Source of the DNA: Bdellovibrio sp.
GTDB taxonomy: Bacteria; Bdellovibrionota; Bdellovibrionia; Bdellovibrionales; Bdellovibrionaceae
Direction of reading: 5' to 3'
Assembly: GCA_046318155.1 (NCBI GenBank)
Contig: JBKCUU010000114.1
Coordinates: 1 to 34,870 of the forward strand
Length of the DNA stretch: 34,870 bases
Shown: in pieces, positions 1 to 9,901 of the stretch
Layout: each line of letters begins with the position of its first letter
Position numbering within the stretch: position 1 is the stretch's first letter
The notes under the pieces: generated by a model
What the model was told of the DNA's origin: nothing
The model's database searches: none
Seen by the model: only the letters and a program-made list of their open reading frames with translations
Position numbers and translations under genes: made by a program

Positions 1-81
1 GGGCACGAAGACTATCAAATCATTGGAACTGAGAAGATGCATTTTTCTGATTACGAAGTGGCTGGGGAGTTTTTGCGATGA
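1..81 (+). CDS. murE: UDP-N-acetylmuramoyl-tripeptide synthetase MurE, 3' end (partial)
   Basis: Frame +1 reads [26 protein letters not shown], matching the MurE C-terminal (K)GHExYQ...FxD motif. ATGA overlap with murF. Confidence 0.9.
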   Translation, partial: GHEDYQIIGTEKMHFSDYEVAGEFLR

Positions 82-1496
82 CGACTTGTCAATTACAAGA
101 GTTGGCTCAGGCAACTCAGGGGCAAATTTTATCTGAAATCAAAAATCAATTTTCGGGCATCGGAACCGACACCCGCAAAGATCTGAGCAATCAGGTCTTT
201 TGGGCTCTGCAAGGCGAGAGCTTCGACGCGCATGACTTTTTGGATGTGGCCGTTCGCCAGGGAGCTTCGGCGCTCGTGGTTCATCAGCTACCTGAGAAGT
301 TCAAAGATTTAGCTCAGACCGTCACCATTTTGAAAGTGCCAGACACACTGCGAGCGCTGCAGGATTTTGCCCACTCAGTGAGAAAAAAGTGGGGCGGCGT
401 TGTCATTGGGATTACCGGTTCGAATGGCAAGACGACGAGCAAAGAGTTTGCGCAAGCCGTTCTTGAGACGGCGTTTGAAGTTCATTCGAACAAGGGCAGT
501 TTTAATAATCACTTTGGTTTGCCTTTTAACTTGCTGCAAGCGCCAGCCAGTTCTGAATTGATTTTAGCTGAAATGGGGATGAATCATTTTGGTGAAATCA
601 CCCGGTTGTGCGAAATCGCTGAACCCGACATCGTCGTGTGTTCGATGGTGGGCCGCGCGCACATCGAGCATTTTGGATCTATTGATGAGATCGCCAAAGC
701 CAAAGAAGAGATTTACAAAGCGGCGCCCGCTCAAGCGACTCGCATCTACAATCTTGATAATGTCTGGACCAAAGCGATGTATGACCGCGCTCACAAAGAC
801 TACCCCGATGCAAAAAAAATGGTGACCTTTTCGCAAGTGAGCCGCGCTGATATTCAACTTAAACTCAAATCGATGACCATGCGAGATTTGACCGTGACCG
901 GCTCGATTTTAGGATTGACGGGTGAAGTCACTGTTCCCGTTTTTGGCGCGCAAAACGTGACCAACCTCTGCGTGGCGGCGGCGTGTGGACTGGCGGCCGG
1001 GATGACCGCGGCCTTGATTTGGGAAGCTCTGCCCCGTTGCAAAACGACGTGGGGACGTAATCAGTTTGTCCAAACCAAAAAGGGCGCCGAGATCCTGTTT
1101 GATGCTTACAACGCCAATCCCGATAGCATGAAAGCTCTTTTGGACAATGCTCGAGTGCTGGAGTGTGCGGGTAAAAAAGTCGGCGTGTTTGCAGAGATGC
1201 TTGAGATGGGTGAGCATTCGGGACCTGGCCACCGTGAGTTGGGTGAGTTGGTGGGACGAACGGGCTTTGACGTTGTTTACTTTTATGGCAAACCCTGTCT
1301 CGACTTCGAAGCGGGGATGCAGTCTTCGGGATTCGAAAAAACACTATTTGTTTCAGATACTTACGAAGAAAAACTTGCAACTCAAGTGGCGGGCATGCTA
1401 CAGGATGGAGATCTTGTTTTAGTCAAAGGCTCAAGAGGCATGAAGCTGGAGCGCTTCGTGTTCTTGTGTGAGCCTCTGAATTTTGAAAACAAGTAG
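78..1496 (+). CDS. murF: UDP-N-acetylmuramoyl-tripeptide--D-Ala-D-Ala ligase
   Basis: Motifs DTR...[10 protein letters not shown]-loop [42 protein letters not shown] and [11 protein letters not shown]. Lies between murE and mraY. Confidence 0.97.
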   Translation: MTTCQLQELAQATQGQILSEIKNQFSGIGTDTRKDLSNQVFWALQGESFDAHDFLDVAVRQGASALVVHQLPEKFKDLAQTVTILKVPDTLRALQDFAHSVRKKWGGVVIGITGSNGKTTSKEFAQAVLETAFEVHSNKGSFNNHFGLPFNLLQAPASSELILAEMGMNHFGEITRLCEIAEPDIVVCSMVGRAHIEHFGSIDEIAKAKEEIYKAAPAQATRIYNLDNVWTKAMYDRAHKDYPDAKKMVTFSQVSRADIQLKLKSMTMRDLTVTGSILGLTGEVTVPVFGAQNVTNLCVAAACGLAAGMTAALIWEALPRCKTTWGRNQFVQTKKGAEILFDAYNANPDSMKALLDNARVLECAGKKVGVFAEMLEMGEHSGPGHRELGELVGRTGFDVVYFYGKPCLDFEAGMQSSGFEKTLFVSDTYEEKLATQVAGMLQDGDLVLVKGSRGMKLERFVFLCEPLNFENK

Positions 1497-1510
1497 AGGG
1501 ATCATCATCA

Positions 1511-2587
1511 ATGTTGTATCAGCTGCTGTATTCGTTTGCCGACCAAGTTTCGGCACTCAATGTTTTTCGTTATATCACCGTTCGCACCTTTATTTCTTTT
1601 TTTACGGCGTTCTTTTTGTGTTGGATGTGGGGTCCTTACTTCATCCGCCGATTGCGTGAAAAACAAATTGGTCAGGCCATCCGCGAAGATGGTCCGCAAT
1701 CTCACAAGAAAAAGGCAGGAACGCCCACGATGGGTGGTGGGCTGATTTTGATTTCGACGATGATCCCGTGTTTGTTGTGGATCGAGATGACCAACCCGCT
1801 CATTTGGGCTGCGATCTTGGTGACTTGGGGATTTGGCTTGATTGGTTACCTGGACGACTGGTTGAAAGTTTCAAAGCGCAACTCCAAAGGGCTTTCTGGA
1901 AAAGTGCGATTGGCCTGCGAGTTTTTGATTGCGGCATCGGTTGTCTCTTACTTGATTTTCTTTCATCAGTTTTCAACGGTTGTGCATGTTCCATTTTTTA
2001 AGAATTTGACGATTGATATGGGCTATGGCTACATCGCATTCGCGGCACTGGTCATTGTCGGGACAGCCAACGCCGTCAATCTGACAGATGGCCTGGATGG
2101 TCTCGCAATCGTCCCCGTCATTATTGCGGCCAGCACCCTAGGTCTGTTTGCCTACGTGACCGGTCACTTAGGAATTGCAGGCTATTTGCAAATTCCACAT
2201 GTCGCAGGTGCGGGCGAGCTGACGCCACTTGCGGCCACCATCGTTGCGGCGGGTCTGGGCTTTTTGTGGTTTAACGCCTATCCCGCTCAAGTCTTTATGG
2301 GCGACGTAGGAAGTTTGAGCTTGGGTGGATTTTTGGGCGTGATGGCCGTCCTGACAAAAAATGAATTGCTCATGGCTTTGCTGGGCGGGGTTTTCGTCGT
2401 TGAAGCGCTCTCGGTGATCTCGCAGGTGATTTCATTTAAGTTAACGGGCAAACGGATTTTTAAGATGGCTCCGATCCACCACCACTTTGAGTTGGGCGGG
2501 ATGACGGAAACCAAAATCATCGTTCGTTTTTGGATTATTTCTATTTTGCTCGCGATCTTGAGCCTAAGCACATTGAAACTGAGGTAA
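1511..2587 (+). CDS. mraY: Phospho-N-acetylmuramoyl-pentapeptide transferase
   Basis: Motifs [29 protein letters not shown] and MAPIHHHFE; polytopic membrane protein. Confidence 0.98.
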   Translation: MLYQLLYSFADQVSALNVFRYITVRTFISFFTAFFLCWMWGPYFIRRLREKQIGQAIREDGPQSHKKKAGTPTMGGGLILISTMIPCLLWIEMTNPLIWAAILVTWGFGLIGYLDDWLKVSKRNSKGLSGKVRLACEFLIAASVVSYLIFFHQFSTVVHVPFFKNLTIDMGYGYIAFAALVIVGTANAVNLTDGLDGLAIVPVIIAASTLGLFAYVTGHLGIAGYLQIPHVAGAGELTPLAATIVAAGLGFLWFNAYPAQVFMGDVGSLSLGGFLGVMAVLTKNELLMALLGGVFVVEALSVISQVISFKLTGKRIFKMAPIHHHFELGGMTETKIIVRFWIISILLAILSLSTLKLR

Positions 2588-3979
2588 GTGATGATGACGG
2601 ATGTCAGTGAACTAAAGGATAAGAAGGTTTTGGTCGTCGGTCTTGGGAAGACAGGAGTGAGCTTGGCTCATTTTCTGACCCAACACGGCGCCATCGTCAC
2701 GCTCACGGACCACAAGTCCAAGCCCGAGCTTTCAAATCAACTGGAGTTATTGGGCGATCTGCCCGTGAAGTACGAGCTGGGTGGACATAGCCCCAAGGTT
2801 TTCTTGGCGCAAGATTTGGTGATCCTGTCTCCCGGAGTTCCTTCGAATTTGAAAATTTTTGAGTACGCACGTTCGCAAGGGATTAAAATCACCGGCGAGC
2901 TCGAATTTATTTCTCAGTTCATTAAAGAACCCGTCATCGCCGTCACTGGAACTAACGGGAAGACCACCTGTGCTCGTCTCATCGAGGCGATGCTCAAAGA
3001 ATCTGGCATCAACGTCTGGGTAGGCGGCGCGATCGGAACACCCTTGACGGATTACTTGCGCTACAAAAACAAAGCGCAAGTCGTTGTGATCGAAGTTTCG
3101 AGCTACCTACTTGAAACTTGCGAGAATTTTAATCCGTCGAACATTGTATTCATGAACTTAGCCGAAAATCATTTGGACCGTTATCGATCTATGGAAGATT
3201 ACGTCAATGCTAAACGGCGGATCTTTCGCAACGTCAATTTGTCGACAACTTCGATCTTGAATGCGGATGACAATGCTGTTGTTGAACTTGCGCGTGATCC
3301 TGCGGTTCAGCGCGGACGCATTTTTTATCTCTCGCGCAAGCAAGCGCTTGAGCCGCAAATCATGAACATCGGTGGTGCTGTCAACATCAACAATCAAATT
3401 GTTGTGCGCACCGGCCCTGAGAAGGAGACTTTCTCGGTCGCAAACATCAAGCTACGCGGAAAGCACTCGATCGAAAACATCATGGCTGCGGTTTTGGCGG
3501 CGCGTGAGCACGGTGCCACACATGATGCCGTTCAAAAAGTCATCGATACCTTTGGCGGTCTTCAACACCGTCTTGAGTACGTTCGCAAAGTCGGCGGCGT
3601 GTTTTTTTTCAACGATTCAAAGGCAACCAACGTGCACGCGGTTTTGCGTGCGCTTGATTCGTTTGAAGAAAACGTCATTCTGATCGCCGGCGGCAAGGAC
3701 ACGAACTTGTCGTTTGAGGCCCTGCGCGGAATGGTCAAAAAGAAGGTCAAGACTTTGATCTTGTTTGGTGAAGCGAAAGAGCGCATCAACCGAGACCTCG
3801 GAGACTTCAGTGAGACCTTCTTGATCGGTACTTTTGAAGAGGCCGTCTTGATTGCATACCAAAAGTCTAGGATCAACGATATCGTCCTGCTTTCTCCCGG
3901 CTGCTCGAGTTTCGATCTGTTTGACAGCTACGAGGAGCGGGGAGACTATTTTAAAGAGATCGTTCGCAAATTTTCTTGA
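2588..3979 (+). CDS. murD: UDP-N-acetylmuramoyl-L-alanine--D-glutamate ligase
   Basis: Motifs GLGKTG, LSPGVP, TGTNGKTT, HLDRY, HRLE, NDSKATN, IAGGKD and LLSPGCSSFD. Follows mraY. Start may be GTG 2588 or ATG 2591/2594. Confidence 0.95.
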   Translation: MMMTDVSELKDKKVLVVGLGKTGVSLAHFLTQHGAIVTLTDHKSKPELSNQLELLGDLPVKYELGGHSPKVFLAQDLVILSPGVPSNLKIFEYARSQGIKITGELEFISQFIKEPVIAVTGTNGKTTCARLIEAMLKESGINVWVGGAIGTPLTDYLRYKNKAQVVVIEVSSYLLETCENFNPSNIVFMNLAENHLDRYRSMEDYVNAKRRIFRNVNLSTTSILNADDNAVVELARDPAVQRGRIFYLSRKQALEPQIMNIGGAVNINNQIVVRTGPEKETFSVANIKLRGKHSIENIMAAVLAAREHGATHDAVQKVIDTFGGLQHRLEYVRKVGGVFFFNDSKATNVHAVLRALDSFEENVILIAGGKDTNLSFEALRGMVKKKVKTLILFGEAKERINRDLGDFSETFLIGTFEEAVLIAYQKSRINDIVLLSPGCSSFDLFDSYEERGDYFKEIVRKFS

Positions 3980-4054
3980 TGATGAAGTCGCCCAACTCAA
4001 GGGTGCAAAGATAAGTGCTCCTCGTTAAGGGGAGCGTTGTTTCAAGGAGGAAAC

Positions 4055-4453
4055 ATGTCTTGGACCCGTTCGGCCCTGACCGTGGCTGCTTTGTTTTTGT
4101 TTTTAGCCGGCTGCGCCTCGTCGGCTCAAAAGCAGCGTAAAGAACAGCGGGACAAGCTTGTTCAATCTGCCAAACTCTACTGCGAATTCTTAAACGGTGA
4201 GCAGTATCCTGATATCGACGTTGCTCTCAATGTCCAAATGGCTCAGCGGTGTGACTCGGACAAAACATTTTCAATCACCAGCTACAAGACACCTTCCGAA
4301 ATTCCGGGGGTGATGTTTTGTTGTGCAACGGCTCACAAAAATGCGCCGGCCTCAGTTCGTGAAAAACCAGTCGAGCGCGTCGCTCCAGCGAAAACTGCGC
4401 CTGCGGTGGAACCAAAAGTCGAAAAAACTGATAACGCTGGCGAGCTCGAGTAG
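4055..4453 (+). CDS. Hypothetical lipoprotein within the dcw cluster
   Basis: AAGGAGG just upstream of ATG 4055; lipobox LAGC; four further Cys; Pro/Ala/Lys/Glu-rich tail; 3 bp before ftsW. Confidence 0.8.
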   Translation: MSWTRSALTVAALFLFLAGCASSAQKQRKEQRDKLVQSAKLYCEFLNGEQYPDIDVALNVQMAQRCDSDKTFSITSYKTPSEIPGVMFCCATAHKNAPASVREKPVERVAPAKTAPAVEPKVEKTDNAGELE

Positions 4454-4456
4454 CCG

Positions 4457-5593
4457 ATGCTCAGGCACCTTTCCAGTCCACTCCTGCTGGCGATCTTAAG
4501 TTTGATGGGGATTGGCTTAGTCCAGGTGTATTCGTCTTCGTACGTTTTTGCATCGGAGTCGTTTGGTGATAGCCACTATTTTTTTCAGCGCCAATTGATC
4601 TTTGCGGGCATTGCTTTTGTGGCTCTTTTAACCGCGGCCCAAGTTCCGATCCGCTGGGTTGAGCGATGGGGCTGGACACTTTGGCTGATTGCCACGTTGG
4701 GAGTCATGGCAACCTTGATCCCTGGTTTAGGTGTCCGCGTCGGCGGCGCTGTTCGCTGGTTGCAATTACCATTTGGACTTCGCTTTGAACCGTCTGAGCT
4801 TTTGAAGCTCTCATTCAGTCTTTTGTTTGCCACGATTCTGGTCAAATCACGCACGAGTCTTAGCCAAGTCAAATGGCCGTGGCTGCTGTTAATGACTTGT
4901 CTTCCGCTTGTTTTGCTCTTGCACCAGCCTGATTTTGGCAGCTTTGCGATCATCATTCTTGTTGGTCTCAGTCTGCTGTTTGCTTTTGGTCTGAAGTGGC
5001 GCTTTGTGATCATGGGTTTTGCCACAGCCTTGCCCGCATTTTATGTTTTGGTGATGAGCGTGCCCTACCGCCGCGCCCGGGTGTTGGCCTTTTTAGATCC
5101 TTGGGCGGATCCAGATCAAAAAGGATTTCAGGTCATTCAATCGATGCTGAGTTTTTCGAGTGGCGGAATTTTTGGTGCGGGCTTGGGGCAGGGCCAGGGA
5201 AAATTGTTTTTCCTTCCCGAAGCGCACACTGATTTTACAATGGCCGTGCTTGGTGAGGAGATCGGGTTTTTGGGGTTTATCTCGGTGATGGCCTTGTACG
5301 CGTTTGTCGTCGTTCGGGGTTTTCAAATTGCGCTTAAAACAGAGAACACGTTTCGCCGGGCTTTGGCGCTGGGAATCACGATTACCTTTGCCTATAGTGT
5401 CTTTATCAATGCAGGCGTTGTGATGGGATTATTGCCAACCAAGGGGTTGACCTTGCCTTTTTTAAGTTACGGCGGAAGCTCACTCGTCGCGCTCAGTCTG
5501 ATGCTGGGATTTTTGCTGAACATTGAAAAAAGTCTTGAAGATGAGCCCATGGCGGCGAGCCCGCGCGGTTCGAGTCTAAGCCCGCGCATTTAG
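4457..5593 (+). CDS. ftsW: SEDS peptidoglycan glycosyltransferase FtsW
   Basis: Motifs VYSSS, GAVRWL, EPSELLK, QPDFGS, FLDPWAD, LPEAHTDF, GEEIG and LPFLSYGGSS; dcw context. Confidence 0.96.
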   Translation: MLRHLSSPLLLAILSLMGIGLVQVYSSSYVFASESFGDSHYFFQRQLIFAGIAFVALLTAAQVPIRWVERWGWTLWLIATLGVMATLIPGLGVRVGGAVRWLQLPFGLRFEPSELLKLSFSLLFATILVKSRTSLSQVKWPWLLLMTCLPLVLLLHQPDFGSFAIIILVGLSLLFAFGLKWRFVIMGFATALPAFYVLVMSVPYRRARVLAFLDPWADPDQKGFQVIQSMLSFSSGGIFGAGLGQGQGKLFFLPEAHTDFTMAVLGEEIGFLGFISVMALYAFVVVRGFQIALKTENTFRRALALGITITFAYSVFINAGVVMGLLPTKGLTLPFLSYGGSSLVALSLMLGFLLNIEKSLEDEPMAASPRGSSLSPRI

Positions 5594-5617
5594 TCCCCGT
5601 CAGGATTCTACGGGGGC
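5593..5617 (+). other. Intergenic stem-loop between ftsW and murG
   Basis: GTCCCCGT (5593-5600) pairs with ACGGGGGC (5610-5617), followed by CATTTT and the murG RBS (AGGAG). Confidence 0.4.
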
Positions 5618-5633
5618 CATTTTAGGAGCGACT

Positions 5634-6713
5634 TTGAAAAAAATCATGATGATTGCGGGCGGAGGAACGGGCGGACACATTTATCCGGGCCTGGCACTGG
5701 CGCGCGCACTACAGGCTCAGGATCCCAATATCGAAATTCATTTTGTTGGAACCGCCAGTGGCCTCGAAACAAAAATTATTCCGCGGGAAGGCTTTGCCCT
5801 GCATTTGATTTCGGGGGGTAAGCTTAATTTCAAGGGTCAAATCTGGGAGAAGCTCAAAACACTGGTGAAGCTTCCGTGGGGATTCGTCCAGGCGATGAGC
5901 CTGCTCACAAAATACCGCCCTCAGTTTGTTTTGGGAGTCGGCGGCTATGCTTCGGGACCCTTTGTCTTGGCCGCGGCCATCATGGGTTTTCCGAGCGGAA
6001 TTTGGGAGCCCAATGCGCACCCAGGACTCGCCAACCGTTGGCTCGCTAGTTTTGTCGACGTTTGTTTTGTCGTGTTTGAAGAAGCCCGAGGTCTGCTCAA
6101 GAGTAAAAACATTTTTGTCACCGGCATGCCCGTGCGGGCCGAGATTGAAGCGGGATCAACAAGCACGGATCCTCATCCAGAATTTCATCTTCTTTGTTTT
6201 GGTGGCAGTCAAGGTTCAAGGGTCATCAATACGGCCCTTGCCAAGGTTTTGTTGCAACGAAATGATTGGATAAAAAAAATGCGCGTCGTTCACCAAATTG
6301 GTGCGACCGATTGGAAAACGTTTCAGGAAAAGTACAGCTCCTCTGGGTCTTGGATTACGCCGATGGAGTTCATTTACGATATGCCTAAATACTATTCTTG
6401 GGCTGATCTAGTTTTATGCCGGGGCGGCGCCAGTACGCTTTCCGAAGTCGCGGCCTTTGGCGTTGTCCCGATTGTTGTCCCCTTACCTGGGGCGGACAAT
6501 CATCAAGGTAAGAATGCCGAAGCCTTAGTCAAAGCAGGGGCGGCCGTGATGATTCCGCAATCAGAACTCACGCCTGAACGTCTCGAGAAAGAAATCATTG
6601 AACTGATGTCGCAGCCCGAAAAACGAAAACTGATGGCCGAGAACCTGAAAAGGTTTTACAAACCTCAATCGGCGAAAAAAATCGCGGACCAAATCCTCGA
6701 ACTGGGGGGCTGA
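5634..6713 (+). CDS. murG: Undecaprenyl-PP-MurNAc-pentapeptide GlcNAc transferase
   Basis: Motifs GGGTGGHIYP, GGYAS, EPNAHPGLAN, GMPVR, GGSQGS, RGGAST and HQGKNA. TTG start after AGGAG. Confidence 0.97.
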   Translation: MKKIMMIAGGGTGGHIYPGLALARALQAQDPNIEIHFVGTASGLETKIIPREGFALHLISGGKLNFKGQIWEKLKTLVKLPWGFVQAMSLLTKYRPQFVLGVGGYASGPFVLAAAIMGFPSGIWEPNAHPGLANRWLASFVDVCFVVFEEARGLLKSKNIFVTGMPVRAEIEAGSTSTDPHPEFHLLCFGGSQGSRVINTALAKVLLQRNDWIKKMRVVHQIGATDWKTFQEKYSSSGSWITPMEFIYDMPKYYSWADLVLCRGGASTLSEVAAFGVVPIVVPLPGADNHQGKNAEALVKAGAAVMIPQSELTPERLEKEIIELMSQPEKRKLMAENLKRFYKPQSAKKIADQILELGG

Positions 6714-8068
6714 TGCGCTTGCAAAGATCGAAGTTTCATTTTGTCGGAATCGGCGGCATCGGGATGTGCGGACTGGCCGAGTTGCTTAAAAATATGGGCG
6801 CTCAAGTCACGGGATCTGATCTTTCAGAAAATGCCAACACGGATCGACTGAAATCTTTAGGTGTTGAGATCCACAAAGGTCATCTTAAAGAAAATGTTGG
6901 CGACGTCGATGTTCTTGTTTATTCGAGCGCCGTATCCCTCGAAAATCCCGAAATGCAAGAAGCTCTCGCAAGGCAAATCCCTTTGATTCCACGAGCTGAG
7001 GCTTTGGCTGAAATCATGCATCTCAAGCGCGGGGTTGCGGTGGCAGGGACTCACGGCAAGACAACCACAACTTCGATGACGGCTTCGATTTTTTTGGCAG
7101 CCAACGTGAAGCCAACGATCGTGGTTGGCGGGCGGCTCGATTTGATTCAGTCGACGGCCTTACTCGGTTCGGGCGAGTGGATGGTGGTCGAGGCGGATGA
7201 GAGCGATGGTAGTTTTTCGAAGCTCTCGCCCGAAATCGCAATTATTACCAACATCGACTCGGATCATTTGGATTATTATAAGAGTTTTGAAAACCTGAAA
7301 TCGGCGTTTTTGAATTTTGCTTTGAAAATTCCGTTTTACGGGTCGGTGATCGTGTGGGGTGATGACCCCTCCATTCGCGAAATCTTTCAGCGCTTTCCAA
7401 AGCGTGTGTTGATGTATGGATTTGAACCGCACAATGATTTTGTTCTTAAAGGCGAGAAAGGTCTTTACGAATTACTCGAAGGGGGCAAAAGCCGCGGGTT
7501 CTTTGAAGTCCATATTCCGGGTAAGCACAATGCGCTGAACGCGGCGGCCAGTCTTATCGTGGGCTTGCAAGCGGGCTTCTCGTTTGAAACTTGCGCCAAA
7601 GGTTTGATGCAGTTTAGTGGTGTTGACCGTCGATTTCAATTTAAAGGCGAAGCAGGCGGAATTCAGGTTTTTGATGACTATGGACATCACCCGACCGAAG
7701 TGCGTGCGGCTTTGCAGGGGTTTCGAGAAAAGTTTCCGGACCGCCGGCTTGTCGTGTTTTTTCAGCCGCATCGTTATTCAAGGACCCAAATCTGCTGGCA
7801 TGACTTTACGACGTGCTTCACTCAATGCGATGACCTTTTGATCACTGATATTTATGCCGCAGGCGAGGCGCCGATTGATGGCATCACCTCGGAGCGTTTG
7901 GTTGCCGAGGTGAAACACCATTCTGCCCAGCTAGTTAAAAAAGATGATGGCCCCGCTTCGGTGATTAAAAAAACTTTGAAACCTGGTGATGTGTTTGTCA
8001 CGCTGGGTGCGGGTGATGGTTGGAAGGTCGGACTTGAGCTCTTGCAGATGTTGAAGGAAAAAAAATAG
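6713..8068 (+). CDS. murC: UDP-N-acetylmuramate--L-alanine ligase
   Basis: Motifs HFVGIGGIGMCG, AGTHGKTTTT, EADESDGSF, DDYGHHPTEV and FQPHRYSRT. TGATG overlap with murG. Confidence 0.98.
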   Translation: MRLQRSKFHFVGIGGIGMCGLAELLKNMGAQVTGSDLSENANTDRLKSLGVEIHKGHLKENVGDVDVLVYSSAVSLENPEMQEALARQIPLIPRAEALAEIMHLKRGVAVAGTHGKTTTTSMTASIFLAANVKPTIVVGGRLDLIQSTALLGSGEWMVVEADESDGSFSKLSPEIAIITNIDSDHLDYYKSFENLKSAFLNFALKIPFYGSVIVWGDDPSIREIFQRFPKRVLMYGFEPHNDFVLKGEKGLYELLEGGKSRGFFEVHIPGKHNALNAAASLIVGLQAGFSFETCAKGLMQFSGVDRRFQFKGEAGGIQVFDDYGHHPTEVRAALQGFREKFPDRRLVVFFQPHRYSRTQICWHDFTTCFTQCDDLLITDIYAAGEAPIDGITSERLVAEVKHHSAQLVKKDDGPASVIKKTLKPGDVFVTLGAGDGWKVGLELLQMLKEKK

Positions 8069-8080
8069 AGCGACCACAAA

Positions 8081-8110
8081 TTTCATTTCATTTAATTTCA
8101 CCCGCGACGT
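8081..8110. repeat. 30-bp half-copy of dispersed palindromic element
   Basis: TTTCATTTCATTTAATTTCACCCGCGACGT is identical to 20521-20550. Confidence 0.9.
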
Positions 8111-8151
8111 TCAGAAAACAGCGCCTCTAGGATTTCAAAGAGACAAAGCCA

Positions 8152-8601
8152 TTACTTAAAGAGCACTGCGATTGAAGCGCCGACGAGGGTTAGAGACGCG
8201 CCGGCAAACACCGGTTTGCTGAGCGGAATCTCGCTGATAAAAAAATCCCAGAACAAACTAAACAGAACTTGAGCCGCGACAAGTAAGATAAATGTTTTGG
8301 CGCTACCCAGATTATGAAAGGCCCAGGGCAAGCCGAGCACTAAAACAAAACCACAAATTCCAGGAATCAAATACCAGAGCGGTATCGCGCGCATTCCTGT
8401 TCGCACGCGCAAGAAATCAGGAAAGAAGTCTGGCGAGACACGAACAACGACGTAAAAAAGAAGACTGAAAACAAAGAAAACTCCCGCATTAATGGCGACC
8501 GCGGTCGGAAGCCCCCAGCTGAGGCTGATGTTCCGATTGAGATGTCCTTGAGTGACGACGGCCATACCAAGAAAGACGGGTAGCAAAAAATATAATCCCA
8601 T
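8152..8601 (-). CDS. DMT superfamily transporter (YdcZ/DUF606-like)
   Basis: 149 aa with about 5 hydrophobic segments and the GxxxxxQxxxN, PLWYLIPGICG, LGSA and AAQxxxSxxxD patterns typical of YdcZ-type DMTs. Confidence 0.8.
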   Translation of the reverse strand: MGLYFLLPVFLGMAVVTQGHLNRNISLSWGLPTAVAINAGVFFVFSLLFYVVVRVSPDFFPDFLRVRTGMRAIPLWYLIPGICGFVLVLGLPWAFHNLGSAKTFILLVAAQVLFSLFWDFFISEIPLSKPVFAGASLTLVGASIAVLFK

Positions 8602-8668
8602 CTCCTCACGCTATCAGTTTGCGAAGCGGGCCGCAATCGACCCGGACCCCAGCCCTTGGGCACCTTGA

Positions 8669-8953
8669 ATGCGCAGAGTGTCGATTCGCTTCCATGATCT
8701 GAGCTCTTCCGGTATCTTGGTTTCAACCAATACGTCACAGCGCTCGAGCGAAATGTGGGTGTCTTTTCATCTCAAATTTGAAAACGGCCAATCGCAGACT
8801 TCAAACTTTGAGCTTGCGGCCCCAAAGCACTCGTCACCAGAGTTTCAAAAGTGCGCCATCGGTGCCTGGTCGAGTCTCAAGTTTCCAGACCCGGGGCATG
8901 CTCTTCAGAAAGTTCGCATTCGGATTCCCATTCGGATTGCCAAAGCAATCTGA
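8669..8953 (+). CDS. Small ORF or gene remnant resembling an AgmX/PglI (TonB-C-like) C-terminal domain
   Basis: C-terminus FQKCAIGAWSSLKFPDPGHALQKVRIRIPIRI resembles the C-x7-F-P-x-P...V-x3-P pattern. No clear RBS or signal peptide. Confidence 0.35.
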   Translation: MRRVSIRFHDLSSSGILVSTNTSQRSSEMWVSFHLKFENGQSQTSNFELAAPKHSSPEFQKCAIGAWSSLKFPDPGHALQKVRIRIPIRIAKAI

Positions 8954-8965
8954 GGGCGCAAGAAT
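8937..8965 (+). promoter_or_regulatory. Putative sigma70-type promoter for murB (possibly leaderless)
   Basis: TTGCCA (8937-8942)-N17-AAGAAT (8960-8965), 6 nt before GTG 8972. Confidence 0.4.
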
Positions 8966-8971
8966 TAGGGT

Positions 8972-9901
8972 GTGGATTCTCAATCAAATGATGTTCGTCT
9001 CGACATTCAATCTCGCGTCGTTCTTGCGCCTCACACGTCATGGCTTGTTGGCGGTGAGGCTGAGTTTTTTTGCAAACCACGAAACTTGGATGAACTTCTT
9101 TTTGCTCAGCGCTGGGCTCAGGAGCGCTCCTTGCCCATCACGACACTTGGTGGTGGAAGCAATGTTTTGATCAGTGACTACGGGGTTCGTGGGCTTGTGA
9201 TTGCGCTCAAGTCATTTTCGGGAACTCAAGTGAGCAATGAGAGCGGTTATTTTCGAATCACGGCCTTGTCGGGGACAGGAAAATCTGAGCTGTTAAAAAT
9301 TTTCTTAAAAGAAAAGCTAGCGCCCGCACTTTTTTTGGCGGGCATCCCGGGTGATGTGGGCGGCGGCGTTGTGATGAACGCAGGCGTTGCTGAAGCGATG
9401 ACCCCGCGCGAGTTCACCGAAATCACGGAATGGATCGAAGTCTTAAAGCCGGATGGCTCAATCAAAAAATACCAGCACGATGAATTGACGTGGTCTTACC
9501 GCCATTCAACCGGGTGGGAGCCCGGACTGATTACCCGCGTGGGTTTAAGGTGGCCGCATGAACCGGATCCCACGATCTTGGACCAGGTTCGTCAGGCGAA
9601 TAAAGTCAGATTAAGTAAGCAGCCCCTTGATATGCCCAGCTGTGGTTCAGTGTTTATGAACCCACCTGGACTTAAGGCGGCCCAACTCATCGACTCGTCG
9701 GGGCTGAAGGGCTACACTGTGGGCGGTGCACAGGTGTCGATGAAGCACGCCAACTTCATCGTCAACTTAGGCAAGTGTAAAGCAACTGATATCTGGACCG
9801 TCATTCAGCATGTGAAAGCCATTGTGAAGCAGGAAAAATCCGTCGACCTCAAAACCGAAGTTGTTCGGGTCGGGGACTGGGATGAGGAGACGACCACTTG
9901 A
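8972..9901 (+). CDS. murB: UDP-N-acetylenolpyruvoylglucosamine reductase
   Basis: Motifs LAPHTSWLVGG, LGGGSNVL, GIPGDVGGGVVMNAG, SYRHS, QPLDMPSCGSVFMNP and HANFIVN. Confidence 0.97.
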   Translation: MDSQSNDVRLDIQSRVVLAPHTSWLVGGEAEFFCKPRNLDELLFAQRWAQERSLPITTLGGGSNVLISDYGVRGLVIALKSFSGTQVSNESGYFRITALSGTGKSELLKIFLKEKLAPALFLAGIPGDVGGGVVMNAGVAEAMTPREFTEITEWIEVLKPDGSIKKYQHDELTWSYRHSTGWEPGLITRVGLRWPHEPDPTILDQVRQANKVRLSKQPLDMPSCGSVFMNPPGLKAAQLIDSSGLKGYTVGGAQVSMKHANFIVNLGKCKATDIWTVIQHVKAIVKQEKSVDLKTEVVRVGDWDEETTT

